DNA from: a virus
Strand: one strand, 5' to 3'
IMG/VR virus record: IMGVR_UViG_3300009034_000013
Span: 1-64,000 of that record
Length of the DNA: 64,000 nt
The notes below the pieces were generated by a model. That model was given only the letters and a program-made list of their open reading frames with translations. It made no database searches and had not been told where the DNA came from. This document shows, piece after piece, positions 21,648 to 32,305 of the stretch. The translations under genes and the position numbers were made by a program. Every line of letters starts with the position of its first letter. Positions within the stretch are counted from its first letter, which is position 1.

Positions 21648-22238
21648 ATGCTTTTAATAGCCCAACCAAAAAGCGCAAGCACCTTTTTACTAAAAACATT
21701 AGTTAAAATAATGAAAGTTAAATTTCAAAATGGTTTTGGTAAGGATATTGGTTGGAAACATTGTAAAGGATTTTCTGAAATACAAAAATATTTTGATACA
21801 ACTATTAAACGAAATTATGCTTTTTTGAAAACTTGGATATTGAATAAAGACATCATTTTGAAAGAATACATATTACCAACAGAACATCATAAAGAGATAA
21901 TTAAAAAGATAAATAATAAGATTGTTATATTATTGAGAAATCCAGAGGATTCTTATAATTGTTGCTATAAGCAATATAAACAATATAAAAAAGGAGAACT
22001 TGATAAAGAGATAATAGAAAAATTAAAACTTAATAGATTTGATGCAATTCATTTTTTCATATTTTTACAAGATTTAATTTTATTTAATAAAAAATGGAGA
22101 GATTTTGAATATGATAAGAAACTAATTATAACATATGAAGATTTAATGACAAACAAGTTGGAAACAATAAAAAAAATTTTAAAATTTTGGAGTTTTAAAA
22201 TTCCAAAAAAGATAAAATATTCGAAAGGAAAAAAGTAA
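21648..22238 (+). CDS. sulfotransferase-like protein
   Basis: 5'-PSB QPKSASTFL, 3'-PB LLRNPEDS, ITYEDL. Confidence 0.8.
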   Translation: MLLIAQPKSASTFLLKTLVKIMKVKFQNGFGKDIGWKHCKGFSEIQKYFDTTIKRNYAFLKTWILNKDIILKEYILPTEHHKEIIKKINNKIVILLRNPEDSYNCCYKQYKQYKKGELDKEIIEKLKLNRFDAIHFFIFLQDLILFNKKWRDFEYDKKLIITYEDLMTNKLETIKKILKFWSFKIPKKIKYSKGKK

Positions 22239-23482
22239 TGTTTTGGATATCTCAACCTAAATCAGCAGGTTCAAGTTTGGCTTGTACATTGGCAAAAATA
22301 TTAAAGGCAAATTATGTTAATGGAAGAGTATATGAACATAAAAAGATATATTGTGAAGGATTTACTGAATTACAAAAATGGCATAACACTATGATACCAA
22401 GAACTGCAAAATTTTTATATGGATATTGTACTGGAACTAAAAATGTATATAAAGAACATATATTACCAACAAAAGAACATATGAAAATTATCAGAAATTT
22501 TAAATATGACATAATGATTCTTTTAAGAAATCCAATTGATTCTATTGATTGTTATAAAAGATTTGATTTAAATGAGATAAAAAAAAGACATGGAAGAAGT
22601 GGAATTGTAAATTTGATTGAAATAAAAAAAGATATAAATTTATTTTATAACAGATATATGAAAATTAAAAAAGAAAATCATTCTCATTTATTATTTATAA
22701 CTTTTGAAGATATTATAAATAATTTTTCTAAAACTTTAAAGAAAATATTTGAACATTATAAATTAATATTACCTAAAAATTATGAAAATATTAAATTGAA
22801 AAAAATTAAATATACAGGAATAGGAGAAAAGAGATCAAAAGAAAGATTAAATTTAGAACAATTGATGAAACGAGAATGGGAAAATGTCTCTCCAAGAATA
22901 GCTCATATTCAATTTAATGATGAGGATAGATTTTCTTTAAGATTTAAAACATTAGTTACAGATAAAATTAATTTAAAAAATAAAATTATAATTGATTATG
23001 GTTGTGGTGGAGGAGTAGCAGGAAAATATTTTTTAGATAATTTTAATATTAAAAAATATATTGGTTATGATATAGCTGAGAGAAGTTTAAATTCTGCTAA
23101 AAAAAGATTAAAGAAATATAAAAATACAAAATTTTATCTTATTGCTGATCATGATATAAAATTTAAACAAGAAAAATCAGATGTGTTTTGTTCTTTTTCT
23201 TGTTTAATGCATTTTCCTGATGAATTATATTTAAAAAGATTTTTAAAAAATGTAAATGAATGCAATGCTGAAATTGTAATATTAGAAATAAGAAACAAAA
23301 ATATTGGTACTGTATTTAAAAAACAACCATATAAAAATTTTGATGATTTGATAAAGGCTTGTATAACTAATCCAGAATATATATCAAAGAATCTCACTAA
23401 TTATATATTATATGAAAAAACAAATCAGAATACAGCTCCGACAAACTGTCAAATATTGTACTATAAGAGGAAATATGATTGA
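22238..23482 (+). CDS. sulfotransferase - class I methyltransferase fusion
   Basis: QPKSAGSS, LLRNPIDS, ITFEDI; then IDYGCGGG and GYDIA. Confidence 0.82.
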   Translation: MFWISQPKSAGSSLACTLAKILKANYVNGRVYEHKKIYCEGFTELQKWHNTMIPRTAKFLYGYCTGTKNVYKEHILPTKEHMKIIRNFKYDIMILLRNPIDSIDCYKRFDLNEIKKRHGRSGIVNLIEIKKDINLFYNRYMKIKKENHSHLLFITFEDIINNFSKTLKKIFEHYKLILPKNYENIKLKKIKYTGIGEKRSKERLNLEQLMKREWENVSPRIAHIQFNDEDRFSLRFKTLVTDKINLKNKIIIDYGCGGGVAGKYFLDNFNIKKYIGYDIAERSLNSAKKRLKKYKNTKFYLIADHDIKFKQEKSDVFCSFSCLMHFPDELYLKRFLKNVNECNAEIVILEIRNKNIGTVFKKQPYKNFDDLIKACITNPEYISKNLTNYILYEKTNQNTAPTNCQILYYKRKYD

Positions 23483-24290
23483 AAAAATAGAATTAAATAT
23501 AATTGATAATTGTAACTCAAAATGTATAATGTGTCCATCAAAGTTAATGTATAAAAGTGGAAAATCTATGTCTTATGATTTTATAAAAAAAATATTAAAT
23601 AATATAAAAGAATGTATTAAAAAAGAAATAATAATAAAAAAACCTACTATTATAATAGGTTTTTTTGGAGAACCATTTCTGGATTGTGAATTATTTAATA
23701 AAATAAATCTTATAAAAGAAGATGCTTCCAATTTAGGAATTGTTATTTATACGAATGGTTTATTATTGTATAAATATAAAAAACAAATATTAGAAAATAA
23801 AAAATTAATTGATAAATTAATTATAAGTAATTATGGAGATACTTTAGAAAAATTTAATCTTGTAACATCTCTAAATATAGAAAAAGATGTATTTAAAAAA
23901 ATGAAAGAAACGATTGAATTATTGAGAAATAAAATAAAAATGAGAATATGGAATGCTTGGAGAAATGGAGGATTATTTGATTTTTCAACAAGAGCAGGAA
24001 CAGTAAAAAAAATAAAGATAAAAGAAGAAACATATGGATGTAAACAAAATAGATTAAATTATCTTAATATATTATCTGATGGAAATTTAATCTTATGTTG
24101 CCAGGATTGGAAAAAAGAAACAATATTCGGAAATATAAAAGATAATAGATTAATAAATATATTAAAATCTGATAAATATAAAGATTTAATAGAGAAAGTT
24201 GAAGGCAGAAAAGAAAGCGATTTATTATTTATCTGCAAAAGGTGCAGATATTCAAAAATTGAAAAGGAGAATAATTATGATAACAACTAA
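23475..24290 (+). CDS. radical SAM/SPASM protein
   Basis: CNSKCIMC, FFGEPFL, YTNG; C-terminal GNLILCC...CKRC. Confidence 0.9.
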   Translation: MIEKIELNIIDNCNSKCIMCPSKLMYKSGKSMSYDFIKKILNNIKECIKKEIIIKKPTIIIGFFGEPFLDCELFNKINLIKEDASNLGIVIYTNGLLLYKYKKQILENKKLIDKLIISNYGDTLEKFNLVTSLNIEKDVFKKMKETIELLRNKIKMRIWNAWRNGGLFDFSTRAGTVKKIKIKEETYGCKQNRLNYLNILSDGNLILCCQDWKKETIFGNIKDNRLINILKSDKYKDLIEKVEGRKESDLLFICKRCRYSKIEKENNYDNN

Positions 24291-24951
24291 GGAATACAAA
24301 AGAGCATGGGAAAGGAGGGTAGGTCCTCGTTCTGCTCATTTGGATACAAATAATTTCACAAAAGAAGATTTAAAAAAATTATTTGATCAATACCAGATGA
24401 TTGTGGATAATTATAATTTGGATAATAAAACAATTATTGATTTGGGATGTGGAGGAGGTTTGTTTGGATTGTATTTATTTCGTGGAGAAATTAATATTAA
24501 AAAATATATAGGAATAGATATAGCAAAACGAAGTATAATAGAGGCAAAATTAAATAATATTTGTTGGACGGAAGCAAATAAGACAAAATTTATTTTAATA
24601 GATCCAATTAAAATGACGGATTTTAATAAATTTAAACCAAAACCTTATTTAATAGTAGCATTAAATATAATTCAATTTTTACCTGATATGCAATATGTAA
24701 AATTATTTTTTGAAAAAATTAATAATTCTGAAATTAGAAATATATTTATTCAATTTAGAAGAGGAGATAAGAATATATTTAGAAAAGATCCATATAAAAC
24801 TACTCATGATATTGGTCAAGCTAATTATTTAACATTACAAAAAATAACAAATTTAATGCCAAATTATAATTTAAGCGCAACAAAAGATGAAGAAGAAAAT
24901 TGTTACATCCGTTTTAAAAAAACAAATAAAAAGAAGGAAAAAAGAAATTGA
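24277..24951 (+). CDS. class I SAM methyltransferase (paralogue of the 22238 C-terminal domain)
   Basis: IDLGCGGG, IKKYIGIDIAKRS; AAGGAG RBS before 24277. Confidence 0.85.
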   Translation: MITTKEYKRAWERRVGPRSAHLDTNNFTKEDLKKLFDQYQMIVDNYNLDNKTIIDLGCGGGLFGLYLFRGEINIKKYIGIDIAKRSIIEAKLNNICWTEANKTKFILIDPIKMTDFNKFKPKPYLIVALNIIQFLPDMQYVKLFFEKINNSEIRNIFIQFRRGDKNIFRKDPYKTTHDIGQANYLTLQKITNLMPNYNLSATKDEEENCYIRFKKTNKKKEKRN

Positions 24952-25271
24952 TAAATAATTATATGACAGATGAAATAACAGTTATTAGACGTAAATTTGA
25001 TATAAATGGAGTCCCAACAGACACTACTACAATTGGAGTTCCAGCAAGAATCGAAGATTATAATAAAATGGTTAGAGATATAAATGGACAAGAAGTTATA
25101 GGTAATCAACTAATATTTGTAGATGATAGTAAAGATGTTAATTATGAAGATCTAATTAAAATTACAAAGAAGAATGGAAAGGCATATGAGTTAAGTAATA
25201 AAGAATTTGCTATTTTAAAAGTTGAGAATGTAGCTGGATTTATGGACAGCCATAAGGAGATTTACATTTAG
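24948..25271 (+). CDS. head-closure protein
   Basis: VPARIE...VRDINGQEVI; position in the module. Confidence 0.7.
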   Translation: MINNYMTDEITVIRRKFDINGVPTDTTTIGVPARIEDYNKMVRDINGQEVIGNQLIFVDDSKDVNYEDLIKITKKNGKAYELSNKEFAILKVENVAGFMDSHKEIYI

Positions 25272-25796
25272 ATGGCTAATAAAAAAATGTTGACAATAGA
25301 TTTTGATACTTCTGATATGGAAAAAGAATTAAAAAAATTTTTTAATAAAATAGATCCAAAAGCAAGAGAAAAAGGTTTAATGGCATTAGGATTAAAATTA
25401 CTTAATTATACTGTGAATGGTTCACCAAGAGAATCTTCATTACCTCCTATAAGAGATGGTCGATTAAGAGGAAGTGGTAGTGTGTTTGTAGGAAATAAAA
25501 AAATAGGGGATACATTATTTGCCGGAAAAGGAAAAGGAACACCAGTAACTTCTCTTAGAGAAAATAATCCAAATGTTGTTACTATTGGATTTAATACTCC
25601 ATATGCTGCCAAGATGCATGAAAATTTGATTCCTTATGGTGAACAATATGTCCCGGGTGGAAAGGTAAGGGCAAAAAGAACAAAAGAGAATGTAGCTGGA
25701 GTTAGAGGTAAATTTTTAGAAAATCATTTGAAAAACGATAAGAAAGAATTATATGGTTTATATGTAAAAATATATAGAAAGGCAGCTGGAACATGA
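25272..25796 (+). CDS. neck / HK97 gp10-like protein
   Basis: PIRDGRLRGS, GFNTPYAAKMHE, KFLE. Confidence 0.8.
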   Translation: MANKKMLTIDFDTSDMEKELKKFFNKIDPKAREKGLMALGLKLLNYTVNGSPRESSLPPIRDGRLRGSGSVFVGNKKIGDTLFAGKGKGTPVTSLRENNPNVVTIGFNTPYAAKMHENLIPYGEQYVPGGKVRAKRTKENVAGVRGKFLENHLKNDKKELYGLYVKIYRKAAGT

Positions 25797-26206
25797 TTTT
25801 TAATTTGGTTCAATATTTAAGAGTACAATTTCCTACTGAAGTGATTTATTCTAATGTTATGAATTTAAGAACTACCCAAACGATTATACCTGATAGAGTA
25901 GTGATTGTTAGAGATACTGGAGGAACTGAACAACCTTGGACAAGATATTCCGAACCAACTATTCAAATATTAACAAGAGATACAAATGCTCCAGCTTCAA
26001 GGAAATTATCTTTTGATATATTTAATAATATAACAAGCAGATTTGGGTTGATATTACCTTCTATTACGGTAGGTAGTGATACTTACCCAGCAATACAAAC
26101 AGCTCAAATATCAGCAATACAAAAACCGTATTTATTGGATACAGATGAAAATGGCAGAATAGAATATGTTACAAATTATAAAATTATTTTTGTGGAGGGA
26201 GATTAA
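25793..26206 (+). CDS. tail terminator
   Basis: DTGG...PTIQILTR...LDTDENGRIEYVTNY. Confidence 0.75.
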   Translation: MIFNLVQYLRVQFPTEVIYSNVMNLRTTQTIIPDRVVIVRDTGGTEQPWTRYSEPTIQILTRDTNAPASRKLSFDIFNNITSRFGLILPSITVGSDTYPAIQTAQISAIQKPYLLDTDENGRIEYVTNYKIIFVEGD

Positions 26207-26208
26207 TT

Positions 26209-26751
26209 ATGGCTAATGCTCCAATTGGAAACAATTTTTGGGAAGGACCACTTGGTGTAATTTTGATCGAATATGATAATGTTAATCTTGGGAAAACTAT
26301 TGATGAAGCTACTATTGAATATGTGGAAGATATAAAAGATATTCTATATGCTCAAGATGGAACTCAACCATATGACAAAATACCTACTGGTCAAGCTTAT
26401 CTCATTACTGCTACTTATGGACAAATTACAATTGATTTACTTAAAAAATTAATGAGAGGAGTGACTAAAAGTGGTGGAGGAAACAGTGCTAAACTTGGAA
26501 GGGATATTTATAGATCAGGAAGAGAAAATTTTACAAAAGAATTGATTTCAAGGAGAGTTGATTCTGATGGAAATGCCTCTTCTGATTTACTATATCGTTT
26601 GTTGATGTTCAAAGCTATGCCTATTATTACTGGAAATGTCGTATACGGCCCGGATTCTCAAAGAGGATTAGAAGTTCAGTTTTATTGTTTTTACGATGAA
26701 AGTCAAGAAGCGTTTGGTTATAGTGGATATGCTTCAAGTGTAGGTTTATAA
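26209..26751 (+). CDS. major tail tube protein
   Basis: Position and size (180 aa); followed by a terminator-like hairpin. Confidence 0.75.
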   Translation: MANAPIGNNFWEGPLGVILIEYDNVNLGKTIDEATIEYVEDIKDILYAQDGTQPYDKIPTGQAYLITATYGQITIDLLKKLMRGVTKSGGGNSAKLGRDIYRSGRENFTKELISRRVDSDGNASSDLLYRLLMFKAMPIITGNVVYGPDSQRGLEVQFYCFYDESQEAFGYSGYASSVGL

Positions 26752-26757
26752 TTAAGA

Positions 26758-26791
26758 AATATAGCTCCTAATAATTATCAGGAGCTATATT
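26758..26791 (+). terminator. hairpin terminator after the tail tube gene
   Basis: AATATAGCTCCT...AGGAGCTATATT. Confidence 0.65.
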
Positions 26792-26817
26792 AAATTATTA
26801 AGGAGAATGGAAAAATT

Positions 26818-27138
26818 ATGAAAGAGTTTATTGATGAATATAATAAGATTGAATATAAATTAATTGATACAGAAGGAAAAGAGAAAATAATACAATCAAA
26901 ACCTTTAACTATTGAAAAACAATTTGAAATGAAAAAGATAGTTAAAAATAAAAAATTATCTGTAGCCGAAAAATTGAGTATGCAAATAACTTTAATATTT
27001 GGGGGAGATCATAAAGAATATTTTAAATATTCTCTGCAATTTCTTGCTGATATATTGGTTGATTACCAGAAGGAAATAACAAAAGTAAACCCTATCGAGG
27101 AAGCGAAGTCAAAGATTTCGCAAAAGAAATTAGATTAG
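26818..27138 (+). CDS. tail assembly chaperone (gpG-like)
   Basis: Between tube and tape measure genes; contains slippery heptamer A AAC CCT. Confidence 0.75.
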   Translation: MKEFIDEYNKIEYKLIDTEGKEKIIQSKPLTIEKQFEMKKIVKNKKLSVAEKLSMQITLIFGGDHKEYFKYSLQFLADILVDYQKEITKVNPIEEAKSKISQKKLD

Positions 27139-27434
27139 GATTAACGATAGATGACATAGCATATTTTGATAATAATGTTGATATTAAATTAAGACGTGAG
27201 ATAATAAAAGAATTGATAATAATGAAAGAAGTAGATGAATTAAAAAATTCTATTAATACAGCCGAAGCAGTGAGAATAGGTATGGCAAGTATTCAAACGA
27301 GGAAAGGAAATCAAATATATAAAAGATGGCATAATAGAAAAGTAAGAATGATAAAAAAATTATTAGGATATAGACAAGAAACTCTTTGGGATAAATTAGC
27401 ACATAAAAAAAGTTTTAAAATTGGGAGTAAATAA
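27090..27434 (+). CDS. tail assembly chaperone -1 frameshift extension (gpGT-like)
   Basis: The -1 frame is open from 27090 to 27434 after AAACCCT (27087-27093). Confidence 0.75.
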   Translation, partial: PYRGSEVKDFAKEIRLGLTIDDIAYFDNNVDIKLRREIIKELIIMKEVDELKNSINTAEAVRIGMASIQTRKGNQIYKRWHNRKVRMIKKLLGYRQETLWDKLAHKKSFKIGSK

Positions 27435-27563
27435 TTGTGTTAATAACTAATATAAATATTAGAAAAGATAATAAAAGTTATTATTATGCTAAAGGAAATA
27501 GAAAAAATAGAGGAAATAATTGTAAATTAGATAAATATAGATCAAAATTTAAAGGAAGAAAAA

Positions 27564-30314
27564 ATGTTTGAGGCTGGGGCAGTTGTAGGAAGAGCGATAC
27601 TTGATTCTAAACAATGGGTGGCTGGAAGTAAAACAATTCAAGCAACTAACAAAAGTATGGCTACTAATCTTCAGAATCTACAAAAGGGATTTATGAGTAT
27701 TTCTTTAGCTATTGGTGTTGCGTTTACAGGTGCTATTGTCAAAACTGATGAATTTAATAAATCCTTTGCTAATGTATCAACTCTTATAGATGATGTAAAT
27801 GTAGACGTAGATAGTATGAGAAAAGAATTACTTGGACTTGATGAAAGGCTAGGATCAGCTAAAGATCTTAGTGAAGGATTATATCAAGCGTTATCTGCAA
27901 GTGTTGAACCAACTAAAGCAGTGGGCTTTGTGGCTGAATCTGCTCAGTTTGCTAGGGCTGCATTAGTTGATACTAATACAGCTGTTGATGTTATAACGAC
28001 TGGATTAAATGCCTACGGTTTAGAGGCAGAAAAAGCTGGAGAAATAAGCGATAAACTTTTTACTGTAATTAAAAAAGGAAAAATTACAGGGGATGAGTTG
28101 TCAGCTACAATAGGAAATTCTATTCCTATTGCTGCTAATATGGGAATAGAGTTTGATGAGTTAGGTGCATCTATTGCCATAATGACAAGACAAGGTATAA
28201 ATGCGGCGGTAGCTACAACTCAGTTTAATGCCATAGTAACAGCGTTCTTGAAACCTTCAAAAGAAATGATTAATAGATTAGAAGAAATGGGTTTTGAGAG
28301 TGGAGAAATGGCAATTCAGCAGTTAGGTCTTAAAGATACTATTGATAAAGTTATTGAATCAACAGATGGATCAAAAGAGGAGATGGCAAAATTATTTACA
28401 AATGTTAGAGCATTAAAAGGAGCGATGGCATTAACAGGAGAAGGAGCATCTGACTTTGATGAAGTTTTAAAGGATATAGAAAATAGCGCTGGAGCTACTA
28501 CAGAAGCTTTTGAAAAACAGGAATTAACTTTTGAGACTGTTAAGAATAGAATAGAAAAAGTCGCTATTAGTATAGGTGATGTATTATTGCCTATAATTTA
28601 TGATTTAACAAATTTTGTCTCTGGCTTGTTAGATGGTTGGAATAATCTTGATGATTCTACTAAAACAATTATTATAACAATAGTAGGATTAACAGCAACA
28701 TTAGCTCCGTTAGCTTTAGGGATTACGAAAGTAATAAAAACAATTCAATTATTATCAGCAGGTATTGCAGCAAATCCTTTAGGATTAATATTAACATCTG
28801 TAGCTACTTTGACTGTGGGTATTGCTACTTTAAATGAGATAATAGTATCAAATAATAACAGATGGAAAGAACAATATACGGTAATAGGAGATAATGTTAG
28901 TAGAACAAAAGAGTTAGTTGATGAATATAAAGATCTTATAATAAAAGCTGAAGATAATGAATTTGCTCAAAATGCGGTAAAAGAAACAACAGGAGAATTG
29001 GCAAAAATATTACCTGGAGTTACTAAAAAAATGGAGGAATATGGAGATGCCATTCCTGCCGAAGAAATGGAGAAATTAGCAAAAGAACAAGCAAAGTTAG
29101 ATTTATTAAATTTGCAGAAACAGTTGGTTCCACTTGAAGAAGAATATAAAAAAATAGAAAAAACATTAAGAGAATCAGCTGAAGCTCAAAAGCTGATTGG
29201 AAATACATTTGAGTTGACAAGAGAACAATATGAAGCATCAACAAAAATAATAGAATTAAGTGAAGAACAATTTTTAAAGAAAAAAGAGAAAAGACTTGGT
29301 GAAGAAATAGGATTAATAAAAAAGCAGGCTAATGCAATAAATAATATATTATTAACATTTACTGAAAAAGAAAATGAAATAAAAGAAAAACAGGAAAAGA
29401 AAAGAAAAAAAGAGAATGAAGAAGCGAAAGATAGAAGAATAGAATTTGAGCAAGAATGGACTGATAAATTATTTTTACAATCAGCTGACAGACTTCAAAT
29501 ACTTGAATTTGAAAGAAAAGAAACAATAGCAAAAGCACGAGAAATTGGGGCTTCTATTTCTGCTATAAATGAATTTTACAATAAAGAACGTTTACAGATT
29601 ATTAAAGAAATAAGAGAAAAAACAAAAAATGATTTAGAAGAAAGAATAGAAATGTTTATAAACTATTTTAAAAAAATTGGAAAAGTTGAAGAAGAAAGCG
29701 CAGAGAAATTTGTTGCTACTGTTACCGGAGTAAATCAAATTGTATCAGACATGATGAATGTAACTGCTGATGAAATACAAGAAAAATGGATTATAACTTT
29801 TGCTGGAATGGAATATAGTGTGGAAGAATTTTCTAAATCTGCTATCAAATTGATGATGAATTTTACTAATGCTATGATTGAAGGAGTCATCAAAGGAGAG
29901 GATGCCTGGGAAGTATTTAAAAAGGCTGCTCAAAATGCTATAGCTACTGTTTTAAATGCTTTTGCTGAAGAATTTGTGATAAGATCAGTAGCTTCTGCTC
30001 TTATACCAGGAGGATTACCTGCGGCTGCAAAATGGGCGTCTTTAGCTGTAGCAGCTGGAGCTGCCGCTACTTTGGTGAAAAATCTTGAAGCCGGAGGAAT
30101 GGTTACTCCAGGATTAGCAGTTGTAGGAGAAGCAGGGCCAGAACTCATGAATATAGGCAGAACATCCACAGTAATTCCAGCAAGTGAAACCAGAAATATG
30201 TTAGGCGGAAAGGTAATAATGAATAATACTTTCATAGTTAAAAATGATGCAGATGCAGAAATGGTAACAAGAAAATTAGGAAGAAGATTTCAAAATGTAC
30301 AAAGGACAATATAA
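27564..30314 (+). CDS. tape measure protein (TP901 family)
   Basis: LSEGLYQALSAS, TGLNAYG, DKLFTVIKKGKIT; C-terminal VVGEAGPEL. Confidence 0.93.
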   Translation: MFEAGAVVGRAILDSKQWVAGSKTIQATNKSMATNLQNLQKGFMSISLAIGVAFTGAIVKTDEFNKSFANVSTLIDDVNVDVDSMRKELLGLDERLGSAKDLSEGLYQALSASVEPTKAVGFVAESAQFARAALVDTNTAVDVITTGLNAYGLEAEKAGEISDKLFTVIKKGKITGDELSATIGNSIPIAANMGIEFDELGASIAIMTRQGINAAVATTQFNAIVTAFLKPSKEMINRLEEMGFESGEMAIQQLGLKDTIDKVIESTDGSKEEMAKLFTNVRALKGAMALTGEGASDFDEVLKDIENSAGATTEAFEKQELTFETVKNRIEKVAISIGDVLLPIIYDLTNFVSGLLDGWNNLDDSTKTIIITIVGLTATLAPLALGITKVIKTIQLLSAGIAANPLGLILTSVATLTVGIATLNEIIVSNNNRWKEQYTVIGDNVSRTKELVDEYKDLIIKAEDNEFAQNAVKETTGELAKILPGVTKKMEEYGDAIPAEEMEKLAKEQAKLDLLNLQKQLVPLEEEYKKIEKTLRESAEAQKLIGNTFELTREQYEASTKIIELSEEQFLKKKEKRLGEEIGLIKKQANAINNILLTFTEKENEIKEKQEKKRKKENEEAKDRRIEFEQEWTDKLFLQSADRLQILEFERKETIAKAREIGASISAINEFYNKERLQIIKEIREKTKNDLEERIEMFINYFKKIGKVEEESAEKFVATVTGVNQIVSDMMNVTADEIQEKWIITFAGMEYSVEEFSKSAIKLMMNFTNAMIEGVIKGEDAWEVFKKAAQNAIATVLNAFAEEFVIRSVASALIPGGLPAAAKWASLAVAAGAAATLVKNLEAGGMVTPGLAVVGEAGPELMNIGRTSTVIPASETRNMLGGKVIMNNTFIVKNDADAEMVTRKLGRRFQNVQRTI

Positions 30315-31078
30315 TGGCAGTGCCTAATTTAAAATTAACAGATGTAGATAATAATGTTTATAATTTTCCACCCGACTTTTGGATATCTGATGACCCGTTT
30401 GATACAAATTCAAATATTTCAAATAAATTTTATGCTGCTGGTGGAAGAAATATTGCGGATGGTTATCTTCAAGCAAGAACAATTTCAATAGGTGGTCAAA
30501 TAAGAGGAGATACTATAACTCAATACGAATCAAGATATAGAGATTTTATGCAAGCAGTTCTTAAAGGAGGGCAACTTGAAAAAACTGTTGATGCTGTTAG
30601 TCGATATATAGAGGTTTATTTTCCAAGTGTATCAACAGGACAGGAAGAAAATCAAAGATTTAAAGAAGTGACTGTTGATTTTATAGCAGAAGATCCTTTT
30701 TGGAAAGATTCTACACAGACTATAGACACCCAGGTATTAGCTGGAAATGGAACATTTTATGTTGATAATACTGGAAGCGATTTTTTAGTTTCTCCTATTA
30801 TTGAAGTTGAAGCAAATCAAGCAGCTAATTTACCAAGTGTAAAAATGATAAATAAATCAGATGGAGGAATGGAGTTTCAATTCAATTATCCAAATTTTCA
30901 GATTGGAGATGTTCTTGTTATAAATTGTGAAGAAGGAACAGTTAAAGTTAATAACGGAAATAGAATAGAATATTTTGATCCAGGAAGATTTTTCAGATTA
31001 CAGCCCTGGAATAATGAAATAGAGTATGAAGGAAATGCATGTACTATAAATTTTAAATTTAGGAAAATATACTTATGA
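30314..31078 (+). CDS. distal tail protein (Dit)
   Basis: ARTISIGG, FIAEDPFW, GDVLVINC, FFRLQPWNNEI. Confidence 0.8.
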   Translation: MAVPNLKLTDVDNNVYNFPPDFWISDDPFDTNSNISNKFYAAGGRNIADGYLQARTISIGGQIRGDTITQYESRYRDFMQAVLKGGQLEKTVDAVSRYIEVYFPSVSTGQEENQRFKEVTVDFIAEDPFWKDSTQTIDTQVLAGNGTFYVDNTGSDFLVSPIIEVEANQAANLPSVKMINKSDGGMEFQFNYPNFQIGDVLVINCEEGTVKVNNGNRIEYFDPGRFFRLQPWNNEIEYEGNACTINFKFRKIYL

Positions 31079-32304
31079 GTTATTCTTTTGGAACTCCGGA
31101 ATATGGAGATAGACCATATGGTGGAAAAGTTAATCCATACAATATATCAGCAATCCCCATTATAATAGAATGGTATGATAATAGTTTAGCATATAAAGGT
31201 GTTTATCAATCTGGAGTTGGTGATTTTTTAGGATGTGAATTTTCTTTAGATGAATCTGGTTGTAGAGATTTCATATTATATTTTGCTCAATCTGTTAGTA
31301 TTGAAAAAAAGGATATTATAAAAATTAAAATATTCAATAGCGACGATTATTTTTTTACCGGTGTAATTAGAGAAATACCAATAAATGGTAGTACAGAAGC
31401 AAGTTATAATTATAGTGGATTTGGATTAAATGATTATTTGGTTAGAATAAATGCCGAATCTCAAAGTTACGCTAATGATACAATACAAGATATTCTTGAT
31501 GATTTACTTGATAGTATTATAGTTTTAAAAACCCCTATTGTAAAAAATGCAACCAAAATAATCCCACCTAATATAACAATAACAAGTTTTGAAATAAATT
31601 ATAGTCAAATGAATAGTGTTTTAGATTCACTTAAAAAAATAGCAGCTTCTGATGGTAATGAATATATAACTGGGATTGATCAAGAAGGAGAATTCTTTTT
31701 TAGACCAAGAAATACGGAAACAAAAATAACTTTGGTTGTTGGTAAAAAAGGAAAATATGGAATTGATCAATATGAACCTGATGATGAATATCAAGCCAGA
31801 ACAAAATATTATGTATTAGATAAAGATGGAACTTATGTAACTACTGTTTCGAGTACTGAAGATAATGATATATATGAAGAAAAAATAACAGCGCCTGATA
31901 TTGATAATACTTCTATTGAAAAATGGGCAGAAGGATTATTAAGAGAAAATGAAATCAATACCAGGAGAGCATCAATACAGTGGAAAATAGAAGAACAATT
32001 ACCTTTGTTGCTAATTGCAGATGGCAGAATAAGAATATTATCAAATATTCCTCCAACAACTTCAACTGCTCCAAATCCAATTCCTTATGGAAGCGATCAT
32101 TATGGAGATAATTTGTATGGAGGTGGACAATACACTGGAAAAGATTTAGATGATCTTTTGACTGTAAGAGAAGTGAGGTATATTTTAACAGGAAGTAGTT
32201 CAGTTAGAGAAATTCAATTAGGAGCATTACCTGTTAGATTAGATGATAAAATATTAAATGTGCGCAAAGATTTATTAGATCTTCGTATATCATTAGGAAG
32301 GTGA
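31075..32304 (+). CDS. baseplate hub / Tal-like protein
   Basis: Follows Dit; FFTGVI, GIDQEGEFFFRP; YGxxxYGG motif near both ends. Confidence 0.7.
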   Translation: MSYSFGTPEYGDRPYGGKVNPYNISAIPIIIEWYDNSLAYKGVYQSGVGDFLGCEFSLDESGCRDFILYFAQSVSIEKKDIIKIKIFNSDDYFFTGVIREIPINGSTEASYNYSGFGLNDYLVRINAESQSYANDTIQDILDDLLDSIIVLKTPIVKNATKIIPPNITITSFEINYSQMNSVLDSLKKIAASDGNEYITGIDQEGEFFFRPRNTETKITLVVGKKGKYGIDQYEPDDEYQARTKYYVLDKDGTYVTTVSSTEDNDIYEEKITAPDIDNTSIEKWAEGLLRENEINTRRASIQWKIEEQLPLLLIADGRIRILSNIPPTTSTAPNPIPYGSDHYGDNLYGGGQYTGKDLDDLLTVREVRYILTGSSSVREIQLGALPVRLDDKILNVRKDLLDLRISLGR

Positions 32305-32305
32305 T

